From Candidatus Omnitrophota bacterium (lineage in GTDB: Bacteria > Omnitrophota > Omnitrophia > Omnitrophales > Aquincolibacteriaceae): a stretch of 64,000 bases of DNA. How positions within the stretch are numbered: the stretch's first letter is position 1; each line of letters begins with the position of its first letter. The notes below the pieces were generated by a model. That model worked only from the letters and a program-made list of their open reading frames with translations. It had not been told where the DNA came from and made no database searches. The stretch lies in assembly GCA_030698625.1 (NCBI GenBank), contig JAUYMS010000027.1, positions 103,781 to 167,780 on the forward strand. The letters run 5' to 3'. The position numbers and the translations under genes are program-made. Shown one piece after another: positions 51,855 through 64,000 of the stretch.

Positions 51855-53186
51855 TTACCCCTTCGTTGGCAAGCTTTTCTTTAGCTTCGCTTTGCTCTTC
51901 TTTTTACCGCTTTTTGCGGTGCGTCCCTTTGAGACATTTGGCTCGTGGGTCAATTCCGCGGTCTTCTCCAGCGCCCGCCCGCTTCGCGGTATTTCGACAA
52001 AAAAGAGGCTTCCCTTTCCAACTTTCGAATGAAATCCAATCTTGCCCCCCAAGCTCGCTACCATCTCTTTTGAAATGGCGAGCCCGAGGCCGTGCCCCAC
52101 GGCCCCGCCTTGTTCACGCAATTGCTTCAAAACTGCGGACTTACTGAAGATAATACGTTTGTCCTTTTCGCTGATTCCAGGCCCCTGATCCTCGACTTCA
52201 AGCCGCACATAATCCTGATGTGACTTGAGGCGCAAATGGATATCCGTGGCCTCGCGCGCATATTTGACGGCGTTATCAATGAGGTTCATCATCACCTCGT
52301 ACATCTTGCGCTCGTTTGTCATAACCCTTGAACGATGATCGCGTTTTTCAGGCAGACTCAATTCAACGTGGACCCGTTTGCGCCTTGCCTTGACCGCAAA
52401 ATTCGCTGCCAGTTCTTCCAGGAGCGCGGCCAAATCGACGTCGGTTGTTTCTGCCACCCCACTCTGAACCTCGGTGGCCATTCCGATTAAGTTATCAAAG
52501 AGGTCTAACAGCCTCTTGATGTTTCTTTTGGCAAGCTCCAAGAACTCCTGCTGAGAGTCGGTGATCGGCCCAAGCTCCCCCTCCTCCATAAGACGGAGAA
52601 CTTCTTGCACGCATGTGAGCGGAATCGCGAAATCGTGCGAGACTTCCGCGATCTGTTGCACAGGCTTCTTTTCAAGCCATTCGATCTCTTTTCGAAGCCG
52701 CTCGTTTTCGATGAGGACGGCGAGTTGCATACCGAACATTTCGAGATCTTTTAACTCTCGCTCGGAAAACTTCGCCCCGCTCTTCTTTTCCGAGATACTG
52801 AGCACGCCGTAAACCTTACCGCGCAACTTCAGCGGAATGCAAATAAACGCTCCGGACCGAAAACCTTTTTCCTTTTTTTCTTTTCGGAAGAGCGGATTTT
52901 TTTCAATGTCGCCGACAAGCAACGCTTCACCCCGCTCGGCTACCCAACCCGCGATGCCTTGCCCGAGCTTGATGCGCGCCTTCGTCTTAAGGCTTGGGCT
53001 GAGCCCTTCGGACTCATGAATAAACAGTTCTCGGCGCGTCTCGTCGAGCAGCATCAACGAGACGCGCTTTACTTTGAAAGATTGCGAGATGCTTCTCAGG
53101 TAAGCCCGGTAAACCGCGTCTATACGGTTTGTCTGCTCGAGCATCTGGTCAACATGGCAAAGCAGCTTCTCTGCTTCTCTCAACAT
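51855..53186 (-). CDS. Cytoplasmic GAF-domain sensor histidine kinase
   Basis: GAF (GQGIAGWVA...CIPL...GVL), H-box VSHDFAIPLT, N-box NLIDNAVKY, G1 DQGPGI, G2 GHGLGLAI. Confidence 0.9.
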   Translation of the reverse strand: MLREAEKLLCHVDQMLEQTNRIDAVYRAYLRSISQSFKVKRVSLMLLDETRRELFIHESEGLSPSLKTKARIKLGQGIAGWVAERGEALLVGDIEKNPLFRKEKKEKGFRSGAFICIPLKLRGKVYGVLSISEKKSGAKFSERELKDLEMFGMQLAVLIENERLRKEIEWLEKKPVQQIAEVSHDFAIPLTCVQEVLRLMEEGELGPITDSQQEFLELAKRNIKRLLDLFDNLIGMATEVQSGVAETTDVDLAALLEELAANFAVKARRKRVHVELSLPEKRDHRSRVMTNERKMYEVMMNLIDNAVKYAREATDIHLRLKSHQDYVRLEVEDQGPGISEKDKRIIFSKSAVLKQLREQGGAVGHGLGLAISKEMVASLGGKIGFHSKVGKGSLFFVEIPRSGRALEKTAELTHEPNVSKGRTAKSGKKKSKAKLKKSLPTKG

Positions 53187-53189
53187 ACC

Positions 53190-55948
<2,759 letters not shown>

Positions 55949-55950
55949 CT

Positions 55951-57051
55951 TTAATTGAGCTGCATCGGCATGACAACATACAGATAACCATCTTTACCTT
56001 TCAGTAAACCCGGCCTGTCTGCGTCTGTCAGCGAGAAGGAAACCTTTTCAACATCAAGATTCTTCAATACGTCGATTAAATAATTCGGATTGAACCCTAT
56101 AGCGATCTCAGGCCCGTTAAGACTGGCCGGTAATTCCTCTTTCGCTTCCCCCAAATTAGGCGATCTCGATGAAATTAGAATTTTACCTTGGACAAAATCC
56201 ATCTTTACTGCCGGCGACTCAGCGGATGTCAAAAGTGCCGTGCGTTTGACCGCCTGTAAGAAATCTTCGCGGTTGGCTTCTGAAAGGGTTTTTTCTTCTT
56301 TTGGAATCACTTGCTCATAGTTGGGGAAGTTGCCTTCGATGAGCCGGGAAAATAAATAGGTATCGCCGACCTTAAAAATGACCTGATTGTTCGAAGGAAT
56401 AACAGCCAAGTCTCCTTCCCAACCAAGGATTTTCGATAACTCCTGCACGGCCTTGCTCGGAACAATCATATCGAAATCGCGCTTTGTCTTATTTTGGAAA
56501 TCTTTTTCAATGTAGGCCAGCCTGCGGCCGTCAGTTGCAATAAAACGAATCTTATTTTTAATAATCGATACTAAAATCCCATTGAGAACATACCGGGTTT
56601 CATCATTAGATATCGCAAAAGAGGTTAATGTCAGGCTCTCTTTAAAAATGGCTTGCTCCATCTCAAATGCCGCTTCCGGATTCACTTCGGGAAGTTTCGG
56701 GTAGTCTTCTTTCGACAGCCCCATAATCTTAAAGAAAGCCTTTCCTGATTTAATACTTACGGCATTATTTTTAGCAACTGAAACCTCGACGGTTCCTTGC
56801 GGTAACTCCCGCACGATTTCATGAAGCTTTCGGGCGGGAACCGTGATACTGCCGGACTTTTTAACACTCGCTTCAATCTGGGTAGAAATTCCAACTTCAA
56901 GATCGGTGCCTATAACCCTAAGAATGTCTCCGTCTTCAGCTTCTAAAAGAAGGTTTCCTAATATGGGAAGCGTATTTGTTTTTGAAGAGGCCACACTTCC
57001 GGCTAGGCCGATGGCTTTGAGAAATTCCGCCTTCTTAACTTGTATTTCCAT
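55951..57051 (-). CDS. dnaN: DNA polymerase III beta clamp
   Basis: TDLEVG, DETRYVLNG, ATDGRRLA, RLIEGNFPNY, FNPNYLID, VVMPM. ATG 57051 is preceded by GGAAGGA. Confidence 0.97.
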   Translation of the reverse strand: MEIQVKKAEFLKAIGLAGSVASSKTNTLPILGNLLLEAEDGDILRVIGTDLEVGISTQIEASVKKSGSITVPARKLHEIVRELPQGTVEVSVAKNNAVSIKSGKAFFKIMGLSKEDYPKLPEVNPEAAFEMEQAIFKESLTLTSFAISNDETRYVLNGILVSIIKNKIRFIATDGRRLAYIEKDFQNKTKRDFDMIVPSKAVQELSKILGWEGDLAVIPSNNQVIFKVGDTYLFSRLIEGNFPNYEQVIPKEEKTLSEANREDFLQAVKRTALLTSAESPAVKMDFVQGKILISSRSPNLGEAKEELPASLNGPEIAIGFNPNYLIDVLKNLDVEKVSFSLTDADRPGLLKGKDGYLYVVMPMQLN

Positions 57052-57072
57052 GAGTCCTTCCACCCCGCAAGG

Positions 57073-57199
57073 TTTTGTTTCTATATTACTTTTCTATTTT
57101 AACAAATAGTCGCAGTAATAGTAACCCCTGTTTATATGTTTATAAGTTTTTTAACTCGTTTCTATGAAATGGTTTACAGAACGGATATCCTGTGCACAA
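57073..57199. other. oriC unwinding region (DnaA boxes, GC cluster, DnaA-trios, AT-rich tract) between dnaA and dnaN
   Basis: Minus strand reads TTATAAACATATAAACA-GGGG-TTA CTA TTA CTG CGA CTA-TTTGTTAAAATAGAAAAG. A further box-like TTGTGCACA lies at 57191-57199. Confidence 0.7.
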
Positions 57200-57204
57200 G
57201 TGCT

Positions 57205-58596
57205 TTAGCTTTTCAACAGCCCCTTAATTTCTTCAACAACCTTCAGTTTTTCAGCATCAGATTCGACCGCGCGTCTGATCTTTTGACAGGCATGAAGAAC
57301 CGTAGAATGGTCCCGTCCACCAAAGTACTCCCCAATCTCAGGGAGCGAGTGATCCGTTAGAGAACGAATAAGGTACATTGCGATCTGACGAGGCCCAGCG
57401 ACCGAACGGCTGCGACTCTTGGCCCGGAGGTCCGAAACGCGAAGGTCAAAATAGGACGCGACCACCCGCTGTACCTTCTCCATGCTGATCTTTTTCTCCT
57501 CCTCCTTAAGGGAATCCCGCAACAGCTGGTTGACGACAACCATTGTTAAGGGCACGCCGGTTAGGGCACAATAAGCCACAACCCGAATTAAAGCGCCTTC
57601 GAGCTCACGGACGTTCGACTTAAACTTGCTCGCGATAAAATAGCAAACCTCATCAGGAACAGCCACCGTCTCCTTTTCCATTTTCTTCTTGAGAATAGCA
57701 ACGCGAGTTTCAAAGTTTGGGGGCTGAATATCGGTAACCAAACCCCAACCAAAACGCGATACGAGCCGCTCCTCCAAACCGGGTATTTCACGGGGAGGCC
57801 GATCGCTTGAAACCACTATTTGTTTGTGCGCGTCATAGAGGGTGTTGAAGGTGTGAAAGAATTCCTCCTGAGTAGCTTCCTTCTCCGCAAGAAAGTGAAT
57901 ATCATCGATCAGAAGAAGATCAAGCGTGCGAAACTTTGCTCGAAACTGAGATGTTGTGCGCGTCTGAATCGCCGTAATAAGCTGATTCATAAACTTTTCG
58001 CTCGAAATATACTGAATGCGAAAACCGGGATTGTTGAGTCTGATCGCGTGTGCGATCGCCTGCATTAAGTGTGTCTTACCAAGGCCTACGGGACCGTGTA
58101 TGAATAGCGGATTATAATGACGCGCCGGCGCCTCGCTGACGGCCATCGCTGCCGCATGGGCGAATCGGTTGCCGGGCCCGACCACAAAGCTGTCAAAAAT
58201 ATAATTCGAGTTGAGCTCAAAGCCCTGTGTTTGTTGGATTTGTTTAGGCTGGGGACGTGCGGGTTTTACGGCCGGAGGAAGGAGCGACTCTAATACTTTG
58301 TACTCGATGGCGCGGGTTGCTCCCACGGCTTCTTTAACCGCGCTCGACAACAAATCCTGGTAATGACTCTGAAGCCACTTTCCGTAGTAACTATCCGGAA
58401 CACCCAGAGAAATTTGGTCGTCTGTAATATCGAGGCAGGTTAGCGGCTCAAACCACGTTTTAAAGGATTGCTCACTGAGTTCTCGCGCGAGAATGGAGCG
58501 AACGCGATCCCAATTCTTGGAGATAAACTCCGCCTTTTTGGTAATCTCAGAACGGTCCGCTGGACCCGGAAGTGTCGTCGAAGAAAACTTATCCAC
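57205..58596 (-). CDS. dnaA: Chromosomal replication initiator DnaA
   Basis: NPLFIHGPVGLGKTHL, LLIDDI, QEEFFHTFN, SNVRELEGAL, FGGRDHSTV. Confidence 0.98.
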   Translation of the reverse strand: MDKFSSTTLPGPADRSEITKKAEFISKNWDRVRSILARELSEQSFKTWFEPLTCLDITDDQISLGVPDSYYGKWLQSHYQDLLSSAVKEAVGATRAIEYKVLESLLPPAVKPARPQPKQIQQTQGFELNSNYIFDSFVVGPGNRFAHAAAMAVSEAPARHYNPLFIHGPVGLGKTHLMQAIAHAIRLNNPGFRIQYISSEKFMNQLITAIQTRTTSQFRAKFRTLDLLLIDDIHFLAEKEATQEEFFHTFNTLYDAHKQIVVSSDRPPREIPGLEERLVSRFGWGLVTDIQPPNFETRVAILKKKMEKETVAVPDEVCYFIASKFKSNVRELEGALIRVVAYCALTGVPLTMVVVNQLLRDSLKEEEKKISMEKVQRVVASYFDLRVSDLRAKSRSRSVAGPRQIAMYLIRSLTDHSLPEIGEYFGGRDHSTVLHACQKIRRAVESDAEKLKVVEEIKGLLKS

Positions 58597-58694
58597 GGCA
58601 AAAGTACTTTAATTTAGGGCAACAAATGCGAAGGACTAAAATGAATTCACAAGCCGCAAGTAACAATTAAAAGGTTATACACAGATTATTCAGA
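58589..58694. promoter_or_regulatory. DnaA boxes upstream of dnaA
   Basis: TTATACACA at 58675-58683 (consensus), TTATTCAGA at 58686-58694, and TTATCCACG at 58589-58597 overlapping the dnaA start codon. Confidence 0.6.
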
Positions 58695-58831
58695 ACAGAT
58701 GAAAATGAAAATAGCACGCAACGAGGAAGAGTCACATTCTACTCGCGGCATATTAAATGTCTATCCTCTTTTTCGGCGACAAAGTAATTTATTAGCGCGC
58801 AAAATCTTCTTGGCAAATCCACATGGAAATT

Positions 58832-58840
58832 TGATATAAT
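58832..58840 (+). promoter_or_regulatory. Extended -10 promoter of the rpmH operon
   Basis: TGATATAAT ends 9 nt before ATG 58850. No SD in between (CCCCCCCTT). Confidence 0.6.
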
Positions 58841-58849
58841 CCCCCCCTT

Positions 58850-58993
58850 ATGAAAAGAACCTATCAGCCTTCTAAGCGAAAACGCCGCAGTAAGCACGGG
58901 TTTCTTAAGCGGAAAAGCACCAAAGGGGGCAGGAAAATACTTCAGCGCAGGCGGAAAAAGGGCAGAAAGAGGCTCGTCCCAGCCACGTCTTAG
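58850..58993 (+). CDS. rpmH: 50S ribosomal protein L34 (absent from the ORF track)
   Basis: Hand translation [47 protein letters not shown]. Confidence 0.97.
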   Translation: MKRTYQPSKRKRRSKHGFLKRKSTKGGRKILQRRRKKGRKRLVPATS

Positions 58994-59041
58994 GTAAACA
59001 CTCCCACCTGAGCCCGCAAGCGGAGGCGCCTCATAAACCCT

Positions 59042-59440
59042 ATGAACCACGCTGACGCTATATCCCAAACCCGTTTGAGGCCCGAGCAGCGGCTTAGAAC
59101 CCAGAGTGAGTTTCAGGCCGTATTCAGACACGGCCGGTTTGCCAGAGGTAAGGCTCTCAATCTGTGGGTGCGTGAGAATGCCCTAATAACGGGCAAGTCG
59201 GGACATCCCCGCTTTGGAATTATTGTTAGCCGTAAGACCAACAAGCGGGCCGTCGCCAGGAACGGTTGGAAACGCAGAATTCGGGAGGTTTTACGGTGCA
59301 ATCAGGCATGCCTCAAGCCGACGGTGAGCATTGTGGTGCAAGCGCGCCAGCCGGGCGTTGCTCCCGCGTATCACATTATAAAGGAAGAACTTATGAGTTT
59401 GTTATCCCGAGCAGAGGCCATTCAGGAGTCGAGCCGATGA
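59042..59440 (+). CDS. rnpA: Ribonuclease P protein component
   Basis: RLR...EFQAVFRHG, PRFGIIVSRK, RAVARN..KRRIRE, and synteny. Confidence 0.93.
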   Translation: MNHADAISQTRLRPEQRLRTQSEFQAVFRHGRFARGKALNLWVRENALITGKSGHPRFGIIVSRKTNKRAVARNGWKRRIREVLRCNQACLKPTVSIVVQARQPGVAPAYHIIKEELMSLLSRAEAIQESSR

Positions 59441-59655
59441 GTCGAGTAAGCCAGGCCCTCGTTTACGGCATAAGGGCCTATCGCCAACTCATTTCACCCT
59501 GGCTGGGAAATCATTGCCGCTTCTATCCGAGTTGCTCCTCCTATGGCGAAGAAGCTATTGTTAAAAAGGGAGCGTCGAAAGGTGTTAAGCTTCTCGCTAT
59601 GCGCCTTTTTAAGTGCCACCCCTTTCATCCTGGAGGCTTGGATCCAGTTGAGTAA
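59437..59655 (+). CDS. yidD: Membrane protein insertion efficiency factor YidD
   Basis: YRQLISP, CRFYPSCSSY, RLFKCHPFHPGGLDPV. Start re-called at ATG 59437. Confidence 0.93.
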   Translation: MSRVSQALVYGIRAYRQLISPWLGNHCRFYPSCSSYGEEAIVKKGASKGVKLLAMRLFKCHPFHPGGLDPVE

Positions 59656-61315
59656 CGAGTCCCCACTAGAGAAAAATTATGTCCTGGCGCTAGTCCTTTG
59701 CCTATTGGTTCTTTTTTCGTATCCCTTTTTCCTGAAATGGGTTAGCCCACCGGCAGAAACGCCGATGGAAGAAGTTAAGGCGGTTCTGGCGGGAACGACA
59801 AGCCCGACGGGACTTGCCGAATCGGTTCTCTCGCCCACTACCCTGTCGCCAGCCGAAGGCCCGTTTTTGGAACAGCCGGTCCAGCCGACCATCGTGGATT
59901 TCAAGAACGCAAATTACGAGATTCGGTTTTCGACTCTCGGCGGAACCGTGACGCGTCTGGCCTATCGCGGAGAACCTTCGGAGGCCGTTAGCGGGACCCT
60001 TTTTTTTGAGGGCGAGACGAATCGCTCAGGGCTCTTTGGTCTGACTCTTCTCCACGAGCAAACGGATCTGAGCCAGATGCAGTTCAAGCTGAATCGCCGC
60101 GACGAGGATCGCGATTTCTTTGAGTTCGTCTATGAGAAACCCGGTGATTTTCGTCTCACGAAGGGCTTTTATTTTTCTTCAAAGGACCCTGTTATCGGCA
60201 TGGAGGTAGGTATCGAAAACCTGTCCGGCCGCGAACGCCACTTCCCGTTAGAGCTCACCTATGGATTAGATACGAGTAGTGAGGAAGGCAGGAAGGACTC
60301 CATGCCTGAAGCCGTTGCCTTCACTGACAAAGTTAAAACCGCAAACATTGGCAAAGTTACCAAAAAAGGATTCACCCTTTCGGAAGAGATTCTTTGGGTT
60401 GGGGCGTTTAAAAAATACTTCACGATTCTCATCAAGCCTCCTTGGAAAGCGATCGATTTGCGCGTGACCGCAAAAGACAATCTGTTCTGGGGCAGGCTCC
60501 GGATGGAGCCTGTGACCTTGGCGTCCGGAGAAAAAAAGAGCGGCGAATTTTTCATTTATGCCGGACCCCAGCGGTACGAAACACTCAAGAGCTATGATGT
60601 GGGATTTGAAAATGTTCTATCACGAGGCATTTTTGGAATTTTTAAAATATGGTTGTTGAAGGGCCTCAAATTTACGAATGGTTTTACGCATAACTACGGC
60701 TGGGCCATCATTATTGTGACTCTCCTGCTCAAAGGTTTATTCGCGCCCCTGACACACATGAGTTACAAGTCGATGGAGAAAATGAAGGTCCTGCAGCCGA
60801 AGACGAAGGCCCTGCAAGAGCGCTATAAAAGCGACCCCCAGAAACTCAATAAAGAGATGATGGAACTCTATAAAAAACACCGGGTTAATCCCATGGGCGG
60901 CTGTTTGCCCATGCTCTTGCAGATCCCGGTTTTTATCGCTTTTTACCAGGTTTTGAACGAGGCAATCGAATTAAACGGTACCCCATTTATTTGGTGGATC
61001 ACGGATCTGGCGAAGCCCGACACGCTTTTTACTTTCCCCATGACTTTGCCCTTGCTCGGAGACGGGTTTCATTTTTTGCCGCTTCTGATGATCGGCTCGA
61101 TGTTTTGGCAGCAGAAGCTCACGCCTCAAGTCGGTACGAATCCCGAACAGCAGAAAATATTTGCTTTTATGCCGCTCATCTTCGGTTTTATATTTTACAA
61201 AATGCCTTCCGGATTGGTCCTGTATTGGTTTGTAAATAATGTCTTATCGATTATTCAGCAGGTATTTGTAAAGCGTTTGGCCGGTGCCGTGTTACATCAC
61301 GACGAGCACGAATAA
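59648..61315 (+). CDS. yidC: Membrane protein insertase YidC
   Basis: NYGWAII, NPMGGCLPMLLQIPVF, WITDLAKPD, PSGLVLYW. Probable TTG start at 59648 after GGAGG. Confidence 0.95.
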   Translation: MSNESPLEKNYVLALVLCLLVLFSYPFFLKWVSPPAETPMEEVKAVLAGTTSPTGLAESVLSPTTLSPAEGPFLEQPVQPTIVDFKNANYEIRFSTLGGTVTRLAYRGEPSEAVSGTLFFEGETNRSGLFGLTLLHEQTDLSQMQFKLNRRDEDRDFFEFVYEKPGDFRLTKGFYFSSKDPVIGMEVGIENLSGRERHFPLELTYGLDTSSEEGRKDSMPEAVAFTDKVKTANIGKVTKKGFTLSEEILWVGAFKKYFTILIKPPWKAIDLRVTAKDNLFWGRLRMEPVTLASGEKKSGEFFIYAGPQRYETLKSYDVGFENVLSRGIFGIFKIWLLKGLKFTNGFTHNYGWAIIIVTLLLKGLFAPLTHMSYKSMEKMKVLQPKTKALQERYKSDPQKLNKEMMELYKKHRVNPMGGCLPMLLQIPVFIAFYQVLNEAIELNGTPFIWWITDLAKPDTLFTFPMTLPLLGDGFHFLPLLMIGSMFWQQKLTPQVGTNPEQQKIFAFMPLIFGFIFYKMPSGLVLYWFVNNVLSIIQQVFVKRLAGAVLHHDEHE

Positions 61316-61350
61316 AGTCGTAACGGGTCTGTTTTAAAACCCAGTCCTCT

Positions 61351-63165
61351 ATGTCTTCCACGCAAGAATTCGATGCCATTGTCGTAGGTGCCGGGCATGC
61401 CGGTATAGAAGCCTCTCTGTCTATTGCCCGTGCTGGGTATCAGGTTTTAATGCTCACAATGGACAAAGAGGCCGTCGGCCGCATGTCTTGCAATCCGGCG
61501 ATCGGCGGCCTGGCAAAGGGCCACATGGTTCGCGAAATCGATGCCCTTGGTGGACAGATGGGAATGGCGATTGACGCGACGGGGATCCAGTTTCGGATGT
61601 TAAATCGCTCCAAAGGGGCAGCGGTGTGGGCGCCGCGTGCGCAGGCAGATAAAAAGCAGTACGCGCTTTATATGAGCCGGATCGTTGCGGATGAAGCCAA
61701 TATTACGTTTCGGGAGGGGCAAGCCTCGGAACTACTCAGAAGAAACGGTAGTTGTTACGGTATAAGGACTAAGGATGGCGACGTCCTGCTTGGCCGGGCT
61801 GTGATTTTAACGACCGGGACCTTCCTTCAAGGACTGATTCACATCGGAGAAATCAATTACCCCGGCGGTAGGCGCGGAGAAAAACCTGCGGTTGGGCTCT
61901 CAGATTCTTTACGTGAAGCCGGCATTGAGCTGGTGCGATTCAAAACCGGAACCCCACCCCGTCTGGACGCTCATAGCATCGACTGGCGATCCTTGGAAGA
62001 ACAAAAGGGCGACGACCCGCCGCCGCCCTTTTCATTTCGGACGCGGGAACTAACGGTGAATCAGATCTCATGTTACCTCACACATACTAATGAGAAGACT
62101 CATGAAATCATACGAAAGAACCTGCACCTCTCACCGCTCTATGCCGGAAAGATTCACAGTACGGGCCCGCGTTATTGCCCATCCATCGAAGATAAGGTGG
62201 TCAAATTTGCGGGTAAAAGTCGACATCAAATCTATCTCGAACCTGAGGGCCTGGACACCGACGAGATCTACGTGAATGGGCTTTCCACCTGCCTTCCAGA
62301 GCCGGTTCAGTACGATATCGTTCACTCGATGCAAGGCCTTGATAAAGCTAAGTTTATACGCCTTGCTTATGCCATTGAATATGATTGTGCGCCCCCTACG
62401 CAACTGCGCCATTCGCTAGAGACGAAGGCTGTTAGAGGGTTGTTCTTAGCCGGTCAGATTAACTGCACCTCAGGCTACGAAGAGGCTGCCGCGCAGGGAT
62501 TGATGGCAGGGCTGAATGTCATTCGTGCATTGCGCGGCGAAGAGCCCTTTGTGCTAGACCGCTCAGAGGCCTATATCGGCGTTCTCATCGATGATTTAGT
62601 GACACGCGGGACCAACGAGCCCTATCGAATGTTCACCTCACGTGCAGAATTTCGTCTGCTCCTCCGACAAGACAACGCGGATGAGAGACTCATGAAGTAT
62701 GGCGCAGGCTTTGGCCTCATACCTAGAGAGCTGTATGACGCAACACTGAGAAAGATGGTAAACATTAAAGAAGAGATCAGCCGCTTAAAGCAGCTATATC
62801 ACGGAAAAAATAGCCTGCACCAGTATCTTAAGCGGCCAGAGATTAGCTACAATCATTTAATAAAAAATGGGTTGCACGAGTCTAATTTGGTGGTTGACGA
62901 GCAGCTGAGAGTCGAATCAGAGGTTAAATACGAGGGCTACATTAATCGTCAGATTGCCGAAGTAAAGAGGTTTAAGAAATTGGAGAAAAAACAGATTCCC
63001 CAAAATACCGATTACACCAGAGTTCGAGGAATTAGCCATGAAGCTCGCGAGAAGCTGACGAAGGTGCGTCCCGGATCCATTGGCCAGGCATGCCGCATTC
63101 CTGGGATTTCTCCATGTGATCTCTCTCTCTTAGCCATGCACTTAGAAAAGTGCGCTAATCGATAA
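61351..63165 (+). CDS. mnmG: tRNA uridine-5-carboxymethylaminomethyl(34) synthesis enzyme MnmG/GidA
   Basis: VVGAGHAG, MSCNPAIGG, KTGTPPR, GPRYCPSIEDK, GYEEAAAQG, EPYRMFTSRAE. Confidence 0.98.
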   Translation: MSSTQEFDAIVVGAGHAGIEASLSIARAGYQVLMLTMDKEAVGRMSCNPAIGGLAKGHMVREIDALGGQMGMAIDATGIQFRMLNRSKGAAVWAPRAQADKKQYALYMSRIVADEANITFREGQASELLRRNGSCYGIRTKDGDVLLGRAVILTTGTFLQGLIHIGEINYPGGRRGEKPAVGLSDSLREAGIELVRFKTGTPPRLDAHSIDWRSLEEQKGDDPPPPFSFRTRELTVNQISCYLTHTNEKTHEIIRKNLHLSPLYAGKIHSTGPRYCPSIEDKVVKFAGKSRHQIYLEPEGLDTDEIYVNGLSTCLPEPVQYDIVHSMQGLDKAKFIRLAYAIEYDCAPPTQLRHSLETKAVRGLFLAGQINCTSGYEEAAAQGLMAGLNVIRALRGEEPFVLDRSEAYIGVLIDDLVTRGTNEPYRMFTSRAEFRLLLRQDNADERLMKYGAGFGLIPRELYDATLRKMVNIKEEISRLKQLYHGKNSLHQYLKRPEISYNHLIKNGLHESNLVVDEQLRVESEVKYEGYINRQIAEVKRFKKLEKKQIPQNTDYTRVRGISHEAREKLTKVRPGSIGQACRIPGISPCDLSLLAMHLEKCANR

Positions 63166-63266
63166 TCCTGTTTACAGCATCCCCGAAGTCTGCTTAAATA
63201 CGGCTATCTCATTCCGAACGAACGGGCGTGGCATGGGCCATATAAGCTTAATTTCCGAAATGTCGA

Positions 63267-63282
63267 TGTTTCACGTGAAACA
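63267..63282. promoter_or_regulatory. parS site 1
   Basis: Perfect TGTTTCACGTGAAACA inside a 26-bp palindrome (63262-63287). Confidence 0.92.
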
Positions 63283-63303
63283 TCGACTATCGTGGCAGCG
63301 CAA

Positions 63304-63319
63304 TGTTTCACGTGAAACG
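63304..63319. promoter_or_regulatory. parS site 2
   Basis: TGTTTCACGTGAAACG (one mismatch), just upstream of parA. Confidence 0.88.
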
Positions 63320-63347
63320 TGCTCTGCTCTGAGATGGCGAAGGAAAC

Positions 63348-64000
63348 ATGGGTAAGATATTTTCTATATGCAATCAAAAGGGCGGCGTCGGTAAGACTAC
63401 TTCCGCTGTTAATTTAGCTACTGTTATCGCCCAGGCAGGATGGCGTGTCTTGATCATCGATATGGATGCTCAAGGTAATGCCACAAGCGGGCTTGGTGAA
63501 GACAAGGAAACCCTGGAATCCACAAGTTATCAACTTATTGTGGATAAAGTTGACCCAAAGACGACAGTCCGAAGAACACAGGTCGAGCGTCTTGATTTGA
63601 TCCCTGCCAATGCTGATTTCTCAGGAGCTGAATTAGAATTGATCAACCAGTCTGAAAGGGAATTTGTTTTGCGAAAGCAGCTGGGGAAGATATCGGAAGA
63701 TTATGATTTTATCCTTATTGATTGTCCGCCATCGCTTGGTTTGATAACTATAAATTGTTTAACAGCAAGTAAATACATCATTATTCCGCTTCAGTGCGAG
63801 TACTATGCTTTAGAAGGGCTGGGGCAGCTCCTCAGGACACATCAGCTGGTCAAGGAGAAACTCAATCCGGATCTTGAGATCGGCGGAGTGATTATGACCA
63901 TGGCTGATTTTCGCACGAACTTGACACAGCAAGTAATCGAAGAGGTGCGGAGCTATTTTCAGGAAAAGGTTTTTGAGACGGTCATCCCTCGATCCGTGAA
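63348..64000 (+). CDS. parA: Chromosome partitioning ATPase ParA/Soj (runs off the window edge; absent from the ORF track)
   Basis: MGKIFSICNQKGGVGKTTSAVNLA, IDMDAQGNATSGLG, LIDCPPSLG, PLQCEYYALEG. Confidence 0.95.
   Translation, partial: MGKIFSICNQKGGVGKTTSAVNLATVIAQAGWRVLIIDMDAQGNATSGLGEDKETLESTSYQLIVDKVDPKTTVRRTQVERLDLIPANADFSGAELELINQSEREFVLRKQLGKISEDYDFILIDCPPSLGLITINCLTASKYIIIPLQCEYYALEGLGQLLRTHQLVKEKLNPDLEIGGVIMTMADFRTNLTQQVIEEVRSYFQEKVFETVIPRSV

Noticed and set aside
58739-59131. 130-aa minus-strand ORF
   Set aside because: It is the antisense shadow of rpmH and rnpA.

Overview
This is a bacterial chromosomal window spanning the replication origin. The right part is the classic oriC block: rpmH-rnpA-yidD-yidC-mnmG-parS-parA on +, and dnaA-dnaN-DUF721-gyrB-(GAF histidine kinase)-gyrA-serS on -. 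It also carries four tRNA genes and housekeeping genes (tadA, bluB, ABC-2 exporter, corA, rlmN, ychF, cysE, RNase HI, cytochrome c biogenesis). The dominant feature is one 34.4-kb ORF (4261..38631, -, 11,456 aa). It is divided by 16 exact copies of the pentapeptide RSELR (plus one RSEIQ variant), written with varying synonymous codons, which separate unrelated modules: JAB/MPN, receiver, GNAT, histidine phosphatase, GlnD-like nucleotidyltransferase, two tandem paralogous ~800-aa membrane-anchored modules, HAD-like, methyltransferase/YvcK/Nudix, alpha-glucan phosphorylase and TPR + UPF1-like helicase. The N-terminal domain has a signal-like segment and a TIKI/TraB/EreA-ChaN-like motif set. My best interpretation (inference) is an exported, self-processing bacterial polyprotein whose cargo modules are released at RSELR. 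The giant gene and gene order suggest an Omnitrophota/PVC-like organism, but this is not verified. All domain calls come from reading motifs by eye, not from database searches.
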